Part shown: in pieces, positions 9,304 to 18,288 of the stretch
Numbering within the stretch: the first letter of the stretch is position 1
How the letters are laid out: every line of letters begins with the position of its first letter
Assembly (NCBI GenBank): GCA_023260655.1
Contig: JALQUU010000002.1
Span: forward strand, 1,180 to 65,179
DNA from: Paracoccaceae bacterium
GTDB taxonomy: Bacteria > Pseudomonadota > Alphaproteobacteria > Rhodobacterales > Rhodobacteraceae
Direction: 5' to 3'
DNA length: 64,000 nucleotides
Made by a program: the position numbers and the translations under genes
The notes under the pieces: generated by a model
Told to the model about the DNA's origin: nothing
Seen by the model: only the letters and a program-made list of their open reading frames with translations
The model's database searches: none

Positions 9304-9387
9304 ATGACGTTGGGCCGGATTTCGGGCCTTTAACGCCGCGCGCGTTGCGTGGGGGGATGGGCACGCAACGCGCCCATCCCGTGAAGA

Positions 9388-10965
9388 TCAGTAGCCGAGC
9401 GCGATGCCGTCTTTGCGGGGGTCGGAGGCCCCTTCGAGAAGGCCATCATCGCGCATAAGGATGAATTGCGCGCCGCCGATGGCGGTTTTCGGAATTTCGA
9501 CCTTATGGCCCTTGGCAGCGAGTTCGGCGCGGACGGTATCGTAATAGCCGCGCTCCACGCTCATCACGCCGTTATCGGTGAAGCTGCGCGGTGCATCGAG
9601 GGCGTCTTGCGGCTCAAGGCCGTAATCGACGACGTTCGAGACGACGCGGGTGTGGCCGTTGGGCTGGTAGGCCCCGCCCATCACGCCGAAGGGCGCGACG
9701 ACCTTGCCGTTTTTGCGCAACATGCCGGGGATGATCGTGTGCATCGGGCGCTTGCCGCCCTTCATCTCGTTGGCGTGGCCTTCAGTGAGGGTGAAGCCCG
9801 CGCCGCGGTTCTGGAAGAGGATGCCGAATTTCTCCGACGCGATGCCGGAGCCGAAGGCGTGGAACACCGAGTAGATCAGCGAGACGGCCATGCGATCCTT
9901 ATCGACGACGGTGATGTAGATCGTGTCTTTGTGGACCGCTTCGGTGATCGGCGCGGCGGCTTCCATCGCCTTGTCGAGGTCGATCAGCGCGGCGAGGCGC
10001 GCGGCGGTTTCGGCGGAGGTCATGTACTCAAGGCGGGTGGTATGCGCCGGATCGGCAATGAAGCGGTTGCGCGCGTCATAGGCGAGTTTGGCGGCTTCGG
10101 CTTCGATATGGGCGCGCTCGGCCCCCCACGGGTCCATCGACTTCAGATCGAAGTGCTTGAGGATGTTGAGCATGAGGATCGCGGTGGCACCTTGGCCGTT
10201 TGGCGGGTGCTCGCAAAGCTCGAGATCGCCGTAGGTGCCGGAGATCGGGGTGGTGTAGTTGCTCTCGGCGGCGGCGAAATCATCAAGCGTGTGGACGCCG
10301 CCGCGTTCGCGGAGCGCCGCGACCATGTCTTCGGCGATTTCACCGGTGTAGAAGGCGTCGCGGCCGTGTTTGGCGATGCGACGGAGCACTTCGGCTTGAC
10401 CGGGGAAGCGCATGACATCGCCCATGCCGTAAGCTTTGCCGCCCTTGGTGTAGTGGGTGATGCCGTGGCCCGAGAGGAGGGCGGAGGCATCCGCGAGGTC
10501 GAAGGCCACGCGGGGGGCGAGCGGGACGCCTTCATCGGCGTAGCGGATCGCGGGGGCAAGCAGGGCGTCTAGGCCCAGTTTGCCGTGATCGTTGGAGAGG
10601 CGGCAGAAGGCGTCGATCGCGGTGGGGATCGTGACGGCTTCGGGGCCATGGAGCGGAACGGTTTTCAGGCCGCGTTCGCGCAGGTGGGCGGCATCGGCGG
10701 CGGCGGGGGCACGGCCCGAACCGTTGACGGCGATGATATCCTCGGTGCCGGGCTTCTTGATGAGGACGAAGCAATCGCCGCCGATCCCTGTCATTTGCGG
10801 TTCGCAGATGCCGAGGAGGACGGCGCCTGCGATGGCGGCGTCGATGGCGTTGCCGCCGCGTTCAAGTATTTCGATCGCTGTTTTGGCAGCGAGTGGATGG
10901 GACGTGGCACAGATGCCGTTGGCGGCAATGACCTGTGATCGGCCCGGTTTCTGGAAATCGCGCAT
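9388..10965 (-). CDS. ggt: Gamma-glutamyltransferase family protein
   Basis: 525 aa with the autoprocessing-site region HKDTIYITVVDKDRMAVSLIYSVFHAFGSGIASEKFGILFQNRG and the GGAYQPNGH motif. Confidence 0.85.
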   Translation of the reverse strand: MRDFQKPGRSQVIAANGICATSHPLAAKTAIEILERGGNAIDAAIAGAVLLGICEPQMTGIGGDCFVLIKKPGTEDIIAVNGSGRAPAAADAAHLRERGLKTVPLHGPEAVTIPTAIDAFCRLSNDHGKLGLDALLAPAIRYADEGVPLAPRVAFDLADASALLSGHGITHYTKGGKAYGMGDVMRFPGQAEVLRRIAKHGRDAFYTGEIAEDMVAALRERGGVHTLDDFAAAESNYTTPISGTYGDLELCEHPPNGQGATAILMLNILKHFDLKSMDPWGAERAHIEAEAAKLAYDARNRFIADPAHTTRLEYMTSAETAARLAALIDLDKAMEAAAPITEAVHKDTIYITVVDKDRMAVSLIYSVFHAFGSGIASEKFGILFQNRGAGFTLTEGHANEMKGGKRPMHTIIPGMLRKNGKVVAPFGVMGGAYQPNGHTRVVSNVVDYGLEPQDALDAPRSFTDNGVMSVERGYYDTVRAELAAKGHKVEIPKTAIGGAQFILMRDDGLLEGASDPRKDGIALGY

Positions 10966-11208
10966 CGTTGTCTCCCCTTGTTCCCGAGGGGGAGGTTAGA
11001 GCGTGACGCAGCGTTTGCAATATGCGGCTTGCGCGATGTTTTGGGGGATTTGGGGAATGAGCCTCGGCGCCGGGATTGGGTGGGGGCATTGAACACCCGG
11101 CGCCGAGGGAAGCTATAGTGCAGCTACAGGATTGAAGATGACCTGTGAGTCGGGCGCGGGTTTGATGGAAATGCGGCCATTTTCTGGCTGACGTAGAAAA
11201 TTTGCGGG

Positions 11209-11688
11209 TTAACTGGCGGATTTCGTGCGCGGGATGCTGAAAGTGAGGTGGTTGGTGCCGTTGACACGGTGCACGCGGAGATCCTGCGCGAGGCTCTTGA
11301 TCAGGAACCAGCCGAATCCCCCTTCCGGCAGGGCGGATGGATCGGGCGCGGTGACGGGGGACTGAACGAGATCGGGCGAGAGGGGCCAGCCACGGTCCGA
11401 CAGCGTCACGATGATCTTCGTGCTTTGAAGCAGAAGACCGAGCCAGACAGGGCCGGGATCGCGGCCTGCGTAGGCGTGTTCGGCGATGTTGTTGCAAGCC
11501 TCGGCAAGGGCGATCTCAGTGGAGGCGGCGACATCTTCGGCGAGATCCCAGAGGCCCAGTTGCATCACGGCTTTCGCCAGTGCCAGCCGCGTTTCGGGTG
11601 GGGTGACTGTGAATTGCAGCGAGAAGAAATCCGCACCTGCGGACCCATGGCCGCCATTTCGGGGGAAGGGCACGGTTTCAGCCAGCAT
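11209..11688 (-). CDS. Anti-sigma regulatory factor / Ser-Thr kinase (RsbW/SpoIIAB-like HATPase)
   Basis: N-box ALAEACNNIAEHAY and G-box-like GGFGWFLIKSL. It overlaps the upstream STAS gene by 11 nt. Confidence 0.75.
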   Translation of the reverse strand: MLAETVPFPRNGGHGSAGADFFSLQFTVTPPETRLALAKAVMQLGLWDLAEDVAASTEIALAEACNNIAEHAYAGRDPGPVWLGLLLQSTKIIVTLSDRGWPLSPDLVQSPVTAPDPSALPEGGFGWFLIKSLAQDLRVHRVNGTNHLTFSIPRTKSAS

Positions 11689-12001
11689 GGAGTGCCTCCT
11701 CGACCGACGCGTGGATCGGGAAAACCGTATCCATGCGCGTGAGGTGGAACACTTTGGCGACAGTGGGATTGAGTGCTGCGAGATGCAGGCGGCGGGGCGC
11801 GAGGGCCTTCATCGCGGCGACGATAGCCCCCAAGCCGGAGCTATCGACGAAGGTGACGCGGGCCAGATCGAGGAGGACATCGGCGCTTCCGGGAAGGGCG
11901 CGCATTTCATCCTTGAAGGCAAGCGCACCGGCGGCATCGATGCGGGAAGCATCGAGGGTAACGAGCAGGAATTCGCCCTCAGGGGCATGAGACAGGCGCA
12001 T
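11678..12001 (-). CDS. STAS-domain anti-sigma-factor antagonist (SpoIIAA/RsbV-like)
   Basis: 107 aa with VTFVDSSGLGAIVAAMK, the phosphorylatable Ser in a DSSG context. Confidence 0.8.
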   Translation of the reverse strand: MRLSHAPEGEFLLVTLDASRIDAAGALAFKDEMRALPGSADVLLDLARVTFVDSSGLGAIVAAMKALAPRRLHLAALNPTVAKVFHLTRMDTVFPIHASVEEALHAG

Positions 12002-12096
12002 CGCGGCCTCCGCAGAAATACTGATAACTGGCGCAGAGACTGGACGATAAACCTTACCATCTCGTATGCAGGAGCAGGTTTTTTCGGGAGGACGCT

Positions 12097-13269
12097 ATGG
12101 AAGAAGTGGTAATCGCAGGCGCGGCGCGGACGGCGATGGGGGGCTTTCAGGGGGCGTTCAATGGCGTTCCGGCAGCAACGCTGGGAGGCGCTGCGATCCG
12201 TGCGGCTTTGGAAAATGCGCGGGCCTCGACGGTGGACGAGTTGTTGATGGGCTGTGTTTTGCCGGCTGGGCAAGGGCAGGCTCCGGCGCGGCAGGCGGGG
12301 TTTGCGGGTGGCTTGGGCGAGGATGTGCCCGCGACGACGCTGAACAAAATGTGCGGTTCGGGGATGAAGGCCACGATGATGGCGTTCGACCAGATCGCGC
12401 TGGGCCATGCGGAGACGATGATCGCGGGCGGGATGGAATCGATGTCGAACGCGCCGTATCTTCTACCGTCGATGCGCGGCGGGGCGCGGATCGGGCATCA
12501 GGGCGCGATTGACCATATGTTCCTCGACGGGTTGGAAGATGCCTATGACAAAGGTCGCCTGATGGGCACCTTTGCGGAGGATTGCGCGGAAGCGTTCCAG
12601 TTTACGCGGGCCGATCAGGATGCCTATGCGCTGGGTTCGCTGGAGAATGCGTTGAATGCGATCCGCTCGGGTGCGTTCGGGGGCGAGGTGTTTCCGGTAT
12701 CTGTGGCGGGGCGCGGTGGCGAGACGGTGATCTCGGAAGACGAGCAACCCGCGAAGGCGCGGCCCGAGAAGATCCCGACGCTGAAACCTGCGTTCCGTAA
12801 GGAAGGCACAGTGACGGCGGCGAATTCCTCTTCGATCTCCGATGGTGCGGCGGCGCTGGTGCTGGCCTCGCGGACGGCGGCGGAAGCGAAAGGCTTGAAT
12901 ATCCGCGCGCGGATCATGGGCCATGCTAGCCATGCGCAAGCGCCGAAGGATTTCCCGACGGCTCCGGTTCCGGCAGCGCGGAAGCTTCTGGAGCGCTTGG
13001 GCTGGGACAAGGACGGCGTGGACCTCTGGGAGGTGAACGAGGCCTTTGCCGTGGTGCCGATGGCCTTCATGAAAGAGCTGGGCCTGCCGCGCGAGAAGGT
13101 GAACGTGAATGGCGGGGCTTGTGCGCTGGGCCATCCGATTGGTGCCTCCGGTGCGCGGATCATCGTGACGCTGTTGAACGCGCTCGAAAAGCGCGGGTTG
13201 AAGCGCGGTGTGGCGGCGATTTGCATCGGTGGCGGTGAAGGCACCGCGATTGCGATCGAACTGGTGTAA
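12097..13269 (+). CDS. Acetyl-CoA C-acetyltransferase (thiolase II)
   Basis: 390 aa with the active-site region LNKMCGSGMKA and the C-terminal NVNGGACALGHPIGASGARI. A GGGAGGA RBS precedes the start. Confidence 0.9.
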   Translation: MEEVVIAGAARTAMGGFQGAFNGVPAATLGGAAIRAALENARASTVDELLMGCVLPAGQGQAPARQAGFAGGLGEDVPATTLNKMCGSGMKATMMAFDQIALGHAETMIAGGMESMSNAPYLLPSMRGGARIGHQGAIDHMFLDGLEDAYDKGRLMGTFAEDCAEAFQFTRADQDAYALGSLENALNAIRSGAFGGEVFPVSVAGRGGETVISEDEQPAKARPEKIPTLKPAFRKEGTVTAANSSSISDGAAALVLASRTAAEAKGLNIRARIMGHASHAQAPKDFPTAPVPAARKLLERLGWDKDGVDLWEVNEAFAVVPMAFMKELGLPREKVNVNGGACALGHPIGASGARIIVTLLNALEKRGLKRGVAAICIGGGEGTAIAIELV

Positions 13270-13325
13270 GGCTGTTGCCGCCTTTATTGGGGCGGCACAG
13301 GTATTCTTGCGGGGAGCATCGGCCC

Positions 13326-13790
13326 ATGGCGGCAGTGGATTATCAGGCGTTGGGTGCAGCGGTTGAGGCGCTGACCCATGGCGAGACCGATACGGTGGCC
13401 TTGATGGCGACGGTGGCCTGCGAGGTGCATCACGCGGATGACCGTTTCAACTGGACGGGGTTTTACCGCGTGGTGGCACCGCGCCTTTTGAAGATCGGGC
13501 CCTATCAGGGCGGGCATGGTTGCTTGGTGATCTCTTTCGAGCGGGGCGTTTGTGGGGCCTGTGCGCGGACGGGTGAAGTGCAGTTGGTGCCGGATGTGGA
13601 TGCCTTCCCCGGCCATATCGCCTGTGCGTCGAGCACACGCTCGGAGCTTGTGCTGCCAGTGCGGAACGGGGCGGGGGAACTCCTCGGCGTGTTCGATATC
13701 GACAGCGACCTGCCCGCCGCCTTCACGGAAGGCGACGCGGCCGAATTGCAGGCGCTTCTGGATAAGGTTTTCGCGGAAGCGCGCGCTTAA
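13326..13790 (+). CDS. msrC: GAF-domain free methionine-(R)-sulfoxide reductase (fRMsr/MsrC-like)
   Basis: FNWTGFYRV...GPYQGGHGCLVISFERGVCGACARTGE...GHIACASSTRSELVLPV matches the YebR/fRMsr pattern with conserved Cys residues. I prefer the ATG at 13326. Confidence 0.75.
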   Translation: MAAVDYQALGAAVEALTHGETDTVALMATVACEVHHADDRFNWTGFYRVVAPRLLKIGPYQGGHGCLVISFERGVCGACARTGEVQLVPDVDAFPGHIACASSTRSELVLPVRNGAGELLGVFDIDSDLPAAFTEGDAAELQALLDKVFAEARA

Positions 13791-14761
13791 CCGCCGCCGA
13801 TAATCGCCCCTGCGGCAAACACCAAGGCACCGCCGACGACCACTTGGAAAGCGGCGCGGAGGAAGGGTGTTTCCATGTAGCGGTTCTGGATCCACGCGAT
13901 GGCCCATAGTTCGACAAAGACGACGACCATCGCGGTGATGGTGGCGGTCCAGAAATGCGGGATGAGGTAGGGGAGAGCGTGGCCGAGGCCGCCGACGGTG
14001 GTCATGACGCCTGCGGAGATGCCGCGTTTGACCGGAGAGCCGCGGCCTGAAAGCTGGCCGTCATCGGAGGCGGCTTCGGTGAAGCCCATGGAGATGCCCG
14101 CACCCACGGAGGCGGCGAGGCCGACGAGGAAGGTCGTCCAGGTATCTTGCGTGGCGAAGGCGGTGGCGAAGATGGGCGCGAGGGTGGAGACGGAGCCATC
14201 CATCAGGCCCGCGAGGCCCGGTTGCACCCAAGTGAGGACGAACTGGCGGTGGGCGGAATCATACTCCTCGGCGCGGGCATCATCGGCGAGGTGCTTTTCC
14301 TCAAGCGTTCCGGCGCGGTGCTGGTGGCCCGCTTCGGCGGCGGCGAGATCGCCCAAGAGTTTGCGGGTGCCTGCATCGGAAGTGGATTTCGTGGCGAGGA
14401 GGTAGAAGCGCTCGGCTTCCTTTTCCATCGCATGGGCCTCGCTGCGGATGCGTTCGAGGCTGAGGTTCTTCATCAGCCAGAAGGGGCGGCGGGCGTAGAA
14501 GCCTGCGACGTGTTCGCGGCGGATCAGCGGGATGGTTTCGCCGAAGCGGCGGCGGTGCATTTCGATGAGGCGTTGGCGATGGGCGTCTTCCTCGGCAGCC
14601 ATGCCTTCGAAAATGGCAGCGGAATCGGGGAATTCGGCGCGCAGGTGTTCGGCATAGGTGCGGTAGATCTGCGCGTCATCTTCCTCGGAGGCGATGGCGA
14701 GGGCGAGCACTTCCTGTTCGCTGAGATCCTTGAAATGGCGGCGTTGGCTAAAAAAACGCAT
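13787..14761 (-). CDS. mbfA: Membrane-bound ferritin-like iron exporter MbfA (erythrin + VIT1/CCC1 domains)
   Basis: Start MRFFSQRRHFKDLSEQEVLALAIASEEDDAQIYR at 14761. The N-terminal half has ferritin-like EExH motifs and the C-terminal half is a VIT1-type membrane domain. Confidence 0.8.
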   Translation of the reverse strand: MRFFSQRRHFKDLSEQEVLALAIASEEDDAQIYRTYAEHLRAEFPDSAAIFEGMAAEEDAHRQRLIEMHRRRFGETIPLIRREHVAGFYARRPFWLMKNLSLERIRSEAHAMEKEAERFYLLATKSTSDAGTRKLLGDLAAAEAGHQHRAGTLEEKHLADDARAEEYDSAHRQFVLTWVQPGLAGLMDGSVSTLAPIFATAFATQDTWTTFLVGLAASVGAGISMGFTEAASDDGQLSGRGSPVKRGISAGVMTTVGGLGHALPYLIPHFWTATITAMVVVFVELWAIAWIQNRYMETPFLRAAFQVVVGGALVFAAGAIIGGG

Positions 14762-14773
14762 GATCCTGTTCCT

Positions 14774-14790
14774 TTTGGAATGATTCCAAA
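14774..14790. promoter_or_regulatory. Irr-type iron control element (ICE)-like palindrome upstream of mbfA
   Basis: Perfect inverted repeat TTTGGAA-TGA-TTCCAAA, compared with the ICE consensus TTTAGAA-N3-TTCTAAA. It lies 13 nt upstream of the mbfA ATG. Confidence 0.6.
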
Positions 14791-14880
14791 GTAGGCCCGG
14801 CCCGAGCGCGGTGCAAGGCGTGAGGCTTGCGGCAAATGAACCGAACGGTTTACAATCCGAGAAAGGAATAGGAGGCCCCG

Positions 14881-15510
14881 ATGGGAGCAACTGCCAGTGT
14901 GATGGCCAGCGCAATCCGGCGAGGCCGGAAGTTCGACCAGGTTCTGGACGGCGCGCGCACGGTTTTTCTGGCGCAGGGCTTCGAGGCGGCTTCGGTGGAT
15001 GAAATCGCGCGGGCGGCGGGCGTGAGCAAGGCTACGCTTTACAGCTACTTCCCGGACAAGGCGCATCTCTTCATCGAAGTGGCGCGGATCGAGTGCAATC
15101 GGCAGGCGGATGCGGCTGTGGAGGTGATTGCCCCCGATGCCTCGCCCGAGATCGTGCTGGAGCAAGTGGCGCGGCATATCACGGGGTTTGTGCTCTCAGA
15201 GTTCGCGCAGGCGGTGTTCCGGGTATGCGTGGCGGAGGCGGAGCGCTTTCCGGAACTGGGCCATGCCTTCTACGAAAGCGGGCCGCGTTTGGGCCATGAG
15301 CGCTTGGGCGAGTGGATGCGTGAGGCCGTGGCCGAGGGCAAGCTGAAGATCGACGATGTGCCTTTGGCGGCGGACCAGTTCTCGGAACTGTGCAAGGCCT
15401 CGCTTTGGGTGAAATCGGTGTTCGGCATCCAGAACAAATTCTCCAAGGCCGAAATTGACCGTGTGGTAGAAGGCGCAGTTTCCACCTTCATGGCGCGCTA
15501 CGGGGCGTGA
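14881..15510 (+). CDS. TetR/AcrR family transcriptional regulator
   Basis: N-terminal HTH FEAASVDEIARAAGVSKATLYSYFPDK. An AGGAGG RBS precedes the start. Confidence 0.85.
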   Translation: MGATASVMASAIRRGRKFDQVLDGARTVFLAQGFEAASVDEIARAAGVSKATLYSYFPDKAHLFIEVARIECNRQADAAVEVIAPDASPEIVLEQVARHITGFVLSEFAQAVFRVCVAEAERFPELGHAFYESGPRLGHERLGEWMREAVAEGKLKIDDVPLAADQFSELCKASLWVKSVFGIQNKFSKAEIDRVVEGAVSTFMARYGA

Positions 15511-15574
15511 GCGATTAACGTTGTCAATTGAATGAAGGCGGTTATCCTCGCGGAAAGAGTGAGGAGAAACGCCA

Positions 15575-16696
15575 ATGAGCAAACCGCCGTTCCGTGCCGA
15601 CCATGTGGGCAGCCTTCTGCGCCCCCAATCCGTGAAAGCCGCGCGTAAGGCCCATTTCGAGGCCAAGACGCTTGATGCCGCTGGCCTTGAGGCGGTTGAA
15701 GACGAGGCTATTCGCGGCCTCATCGCCATGCAGGAAAGCGTGGGCCTTCCCGTGGTGACCGATGGCGAGCAGCGCCGCTCGTTCTGGCATTACGATTTTA
15801 TGGACGGGCTCGACGGCTTTTCCGTGGTTGAACGCGACCCCGAGCAAGGGGTGCAATTCGCAGGCGTGAAGCTGCGCCCGATGTTCCCGACGATCACCGG
15901 AAAGCTCGATTTCCCCGCAGATCACCCGCATCTGGCGCATTTCAAATTCGTGGCCGAGAACACGAAAGTGACGCCGAAAATCTCCATCCCCGGCCCATCC
16001 TGCTGCCATTTCCGCACCGCGCCCGAGGATATCGCGCCGAAGGAATACAAGGATATCGAGGTGCTGACGGCAGATATTGCCGCGGCCTACAAGAAGGCGG
16101 TGCAGGCCTTCTATGATGCGGGCTGCCGCTATCTGCAGATGGACGACATCTTCTTCGCCTATCTCTGCGACCCCAAACACCGCGCGACTAAAGTGGCGCA
16201 AGGGCAGGACCCCGATTGGCTGATCGGGCGCTATGCGTGGATGATGCACGAGGCGATCAAGGATCGGCCTTCGGATATGGTGATCGGCATGCATATGTGC
16301 CGGGGCAACTTCCGCTCTACCCATGCGGCGGAAGGTGCTTACGATGTGGTGGCGGATGCGGTGTTCAACCAGACGGGCGTGGATGTGTTCTTCATGGAAT
16401 ACGACACCGAGCGCGCCGGCGGGTTGGAGCCGCTTTCGTTCCTTTCGAGGGGAAAACAGCGCGTGATGCCCGGCTTCATCACCACGAAAACCGCGCCACT
16501 GGAAAGCATGGACTGGCTGAAGCAGCAGTTCGAAGCGGCATCGAAATTCGCGCCGATCGAACAGATGGGGATTGCCCCGCAATGCGGCTTTGCCTCGACC
16601 GAGGAAGGCAACTCGATCACCGAGGACGACCAGAAGCGCAAGCTGGAACTGGTGGTGCGCTGCGCCGAGGAAATCTGGGGCGGCGTCGACAAGTAA
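15575..16696 (+). CDS. Cobalamin-independent methionine synthase II family protein (MetE C-terminal-domain-like)
   Basis: 373 aa. The N-terminus MSKPPFRADHVGSLLRP and the later HMCRGN motif are typical of this family. Confidence 0.75.
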   Translation: MSKPPFRADHVGSLLRPQSVKAARKAHFEAKTLDAAGLEAVEDEAIRGLIAMQESVGLPVVTDGEQRRSFWHYDFMDGLDGFSVVERDPEQGVQFAGVKLRPMFPTITGKLDFPADHPHLAHFKFVAENTKVTPKISIPGPSCCHFRTAPEDIAPKEYKDIEVLTADIAAAYKKAVQAFYDAGCRYLQMDDIFFAYLCDPKHRATKVAQGQDPDWLIGRYAWMMHEAIKDRPSDMVIGMHMCRGNFRSTHAAEGAYDVVADAVFNQTGVDVFFMEYDTERAGGLEPLSFLSRGKQRVMPGFITTKTAPLESMDWLKQQFEAASKFAPIEQMGIAPQCGFASTEEGNSITEDDQKRKLELVVRCAEEIWGGVDK

Positions 16697-16710
16697 GCTC
16701 TGCACAAGGC

Positions 16711-16737
16711 AAAAAAGGGGGCCGTTGGTTCGGCCCC
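16711..16737. terminator. Hairpin terminator between convergent genes
   Basis: AAAAAA-GGGGCCG-ttggtt-CGGCCCC. On the minus strand the hairpin is followed by TTTTTT, so it mainly serves the LysM/rhodanese operon. Confidence 0.6.
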
Positions 16738-16762
16738 TCTCGAAGTCTTGCCTGTGCCCTTA

Positions 16763-17656
16763 TTAAATCGTGGGGATCACCAAACGCTGTCCGGTGCGGA
16801 TGCGATCCGGCGAGCCGAGAATGGCGCTGTTGGCTTCGTAAATCTGGGTGTAGAGGCCGGCATTGCCGTAGAAGCGCTGGGCAATGGCCCCGAGGCTGTC
16901 GCCGCTGGCGACAGTGTAGAAGTTGAACTGCTCCACTTCACCGCCTGCCTTCTGCACCATGCGCACTTCGACGCCGTCACCGCCTGCGATCACGGGCTTC
17001 ACTTCTTGCCCCGCAGCGACGCGCGCCTGCGAGACGATGGAGGCGAGGATCGTTGCGGTGTCGACGCGGCCATCATTGGTGACGAGCGCTTTCGGAACCG
17101 AAATCTCGCCCTTGCCTGCGGCTTCGTTGACGATGGCGTCGATGTAGCTGTCGGATTTCCCTTCGCGAAGGGCTTGCGCCATGATGGCCTGTAAGCCGCT
17201 GGAGGGCTGCGGGGCCTCGGAGGCAGTGCCACGTACGGCGCGGATATTGGCCAGAATGCCTGCGGTGGCGGCATCCATACCTGTGGCAGGTGCCGCGACG
17301 GTCTTGACGCCCAATTCGGCAAGGACGCCTGCCGTCATCGACTGGAGATCGGAATTGTCGGTCTTCACCGAGATTGCGGGAGTGGCCGTGCGCGGAACCG
17401 GAGCGGGCTGGAGTACGGAGGCCGGGACGGCAGCGGCCACCTGAACCGGAGCAACTTCCGGCTGGGGCGTTGCGATCGGCCCGAGATCGGTTGCGGCGCG
17501 GGTGGTGACATCCCCGTCACTCAGGGGACTGCTGCGGTCCGGTTGCAGGGCGACCAGCACACCTGTGAGCGCGAGGAAGCCCCCGATGGCCAGAGCGGAA
17601 CGGATCAGGCGCGGATGCGCCTTCTTGCTGCGGCTCTGTTCGAAGGAGTTCATCAT
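16763..17656 (-). CDS. Membrane-anchored LysM peptidoglycan-binding domain protein
   Basis: N-terminal TM segment ([18 protein letters not shown]) and a C-terminal LysM domain [30 protein letters not shown]...GQRLVIP. Confidence 0.75.
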   Translation of the reverse strand: MMNSFEQSRSKKAHPRLIRSALAIGGFLALTGVLVALQPDRSSPLSDGDVTTRAATDLGPIATPQPEVAPVQVAAAVPASVLQPAPVPRTATPAISVKTDNSDLQSMTAGVLAELGVKTVAAPATGMDAATAGILANIRAVRGTASEAPQPSSGLQAIMAQALREGKSDSYIDAIVNEAAGKGEISVPKALVTNDGRVDTATILASIVSQARVAAGQEVKPVIAGGDGVEVRMVQKAGGEVEQFNFYTVASGDSLGAIAQRFYGNAGLYTQIYEANSAILGSPDRIRTGQRLVIPTI

Positions 17657-18288
17657 GGTTGCGCCACCGTCAGTCCAAGGATTAACCGGTCCTGCATGCC
17701 GCCGCGATTATAGCGGAGCTTGTCGGCGGGATAGCCCACGTCCAGCAGGTTACGGATGGCGCGCGGCGACTGATCGCACCACGGGCCATTACAGAAGAGC
17801 GCCAGATCGAGCGCTGTGGAGAAGTCCCACCCCGAGCCGATCTGACGCGCGCCGAGCGCTTTCAGGATCTCGTCGCGATAGGGATTGATCGGTTCGAGTG
17901 TTGCGAAAGGCACATTGATCGAGCCGGGGATCGTGCCCTTCTGGAACCACTCGGGCACGCGGCTGTCGATCAGCAAGCCCTGCCCCTGCGCCACGACGCC
18001 CGACAGGAAATCGAGGACCTCGATTTCGCCGATGGTTTCCACCCCGGCCCCTGACGACATCGGGTGAACGCAGAACGGAGGGCAGGCGCGCGAGGTTTTG
18101 GCAAACTCGCCTGTCAGGGTCGCGGCATTATCCTGATTGCGGGAGATTTCGTAGGGCTGGCCATTAATCGTAAACTGGCGCGACAACTCTCCGGCCGTTA
18201 TCCCGACCGCCTTATCTGTCGCCGAAGCCCCACCGGCTGCCAAGTGCAGCGCAGCACAGGCGAGTAACAGCACTCGCTTCATACACAA
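17653..18288 (-). CDS. Periplasmic rhodanese-like domain protein
   Basis: Signal peptide [21 protein letters not shown] and a rhodanese fold with [14 protein letters not shown]. It overlaps the downstream LysM gene by 4 nt. Confidence 0.7.
   Translation of the reverse strand: MCMKRVLLLACAALHLAAGGASATDKAVGITAGELSRQFTINGQPYEISRNQDNAATLTGEFAKTSRACPPFCVHPMSSGAGVETIGEIEVLDFLSGVVAQGQGLLIDSRVPEWFQKGTIPGSINVPFATLEPINPYRDEILKALGARQIGSGWDFSTALDLALFCNGPWCDQSPRAIRNLLDVGYPADKLRYNRGGMQDRLILGLTVAQP

Noticed and set aside
9466-10572. 368-aa plus-strand ORF, and other long antisense ORFs (15542..16705, 25370..26566, 26735..28021, 33347..34408, 34081..35589, 55501..56751, 58541..59485, 62005..62871)
   Set aside because: Each lies antisense to a gene with strong family motifs (ggt, metE-like, trhO, qor, SDR, thiolase, mtaB, dat, accA). 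They show the degenerate R/G/A/H composition of high-GC shadow frames.
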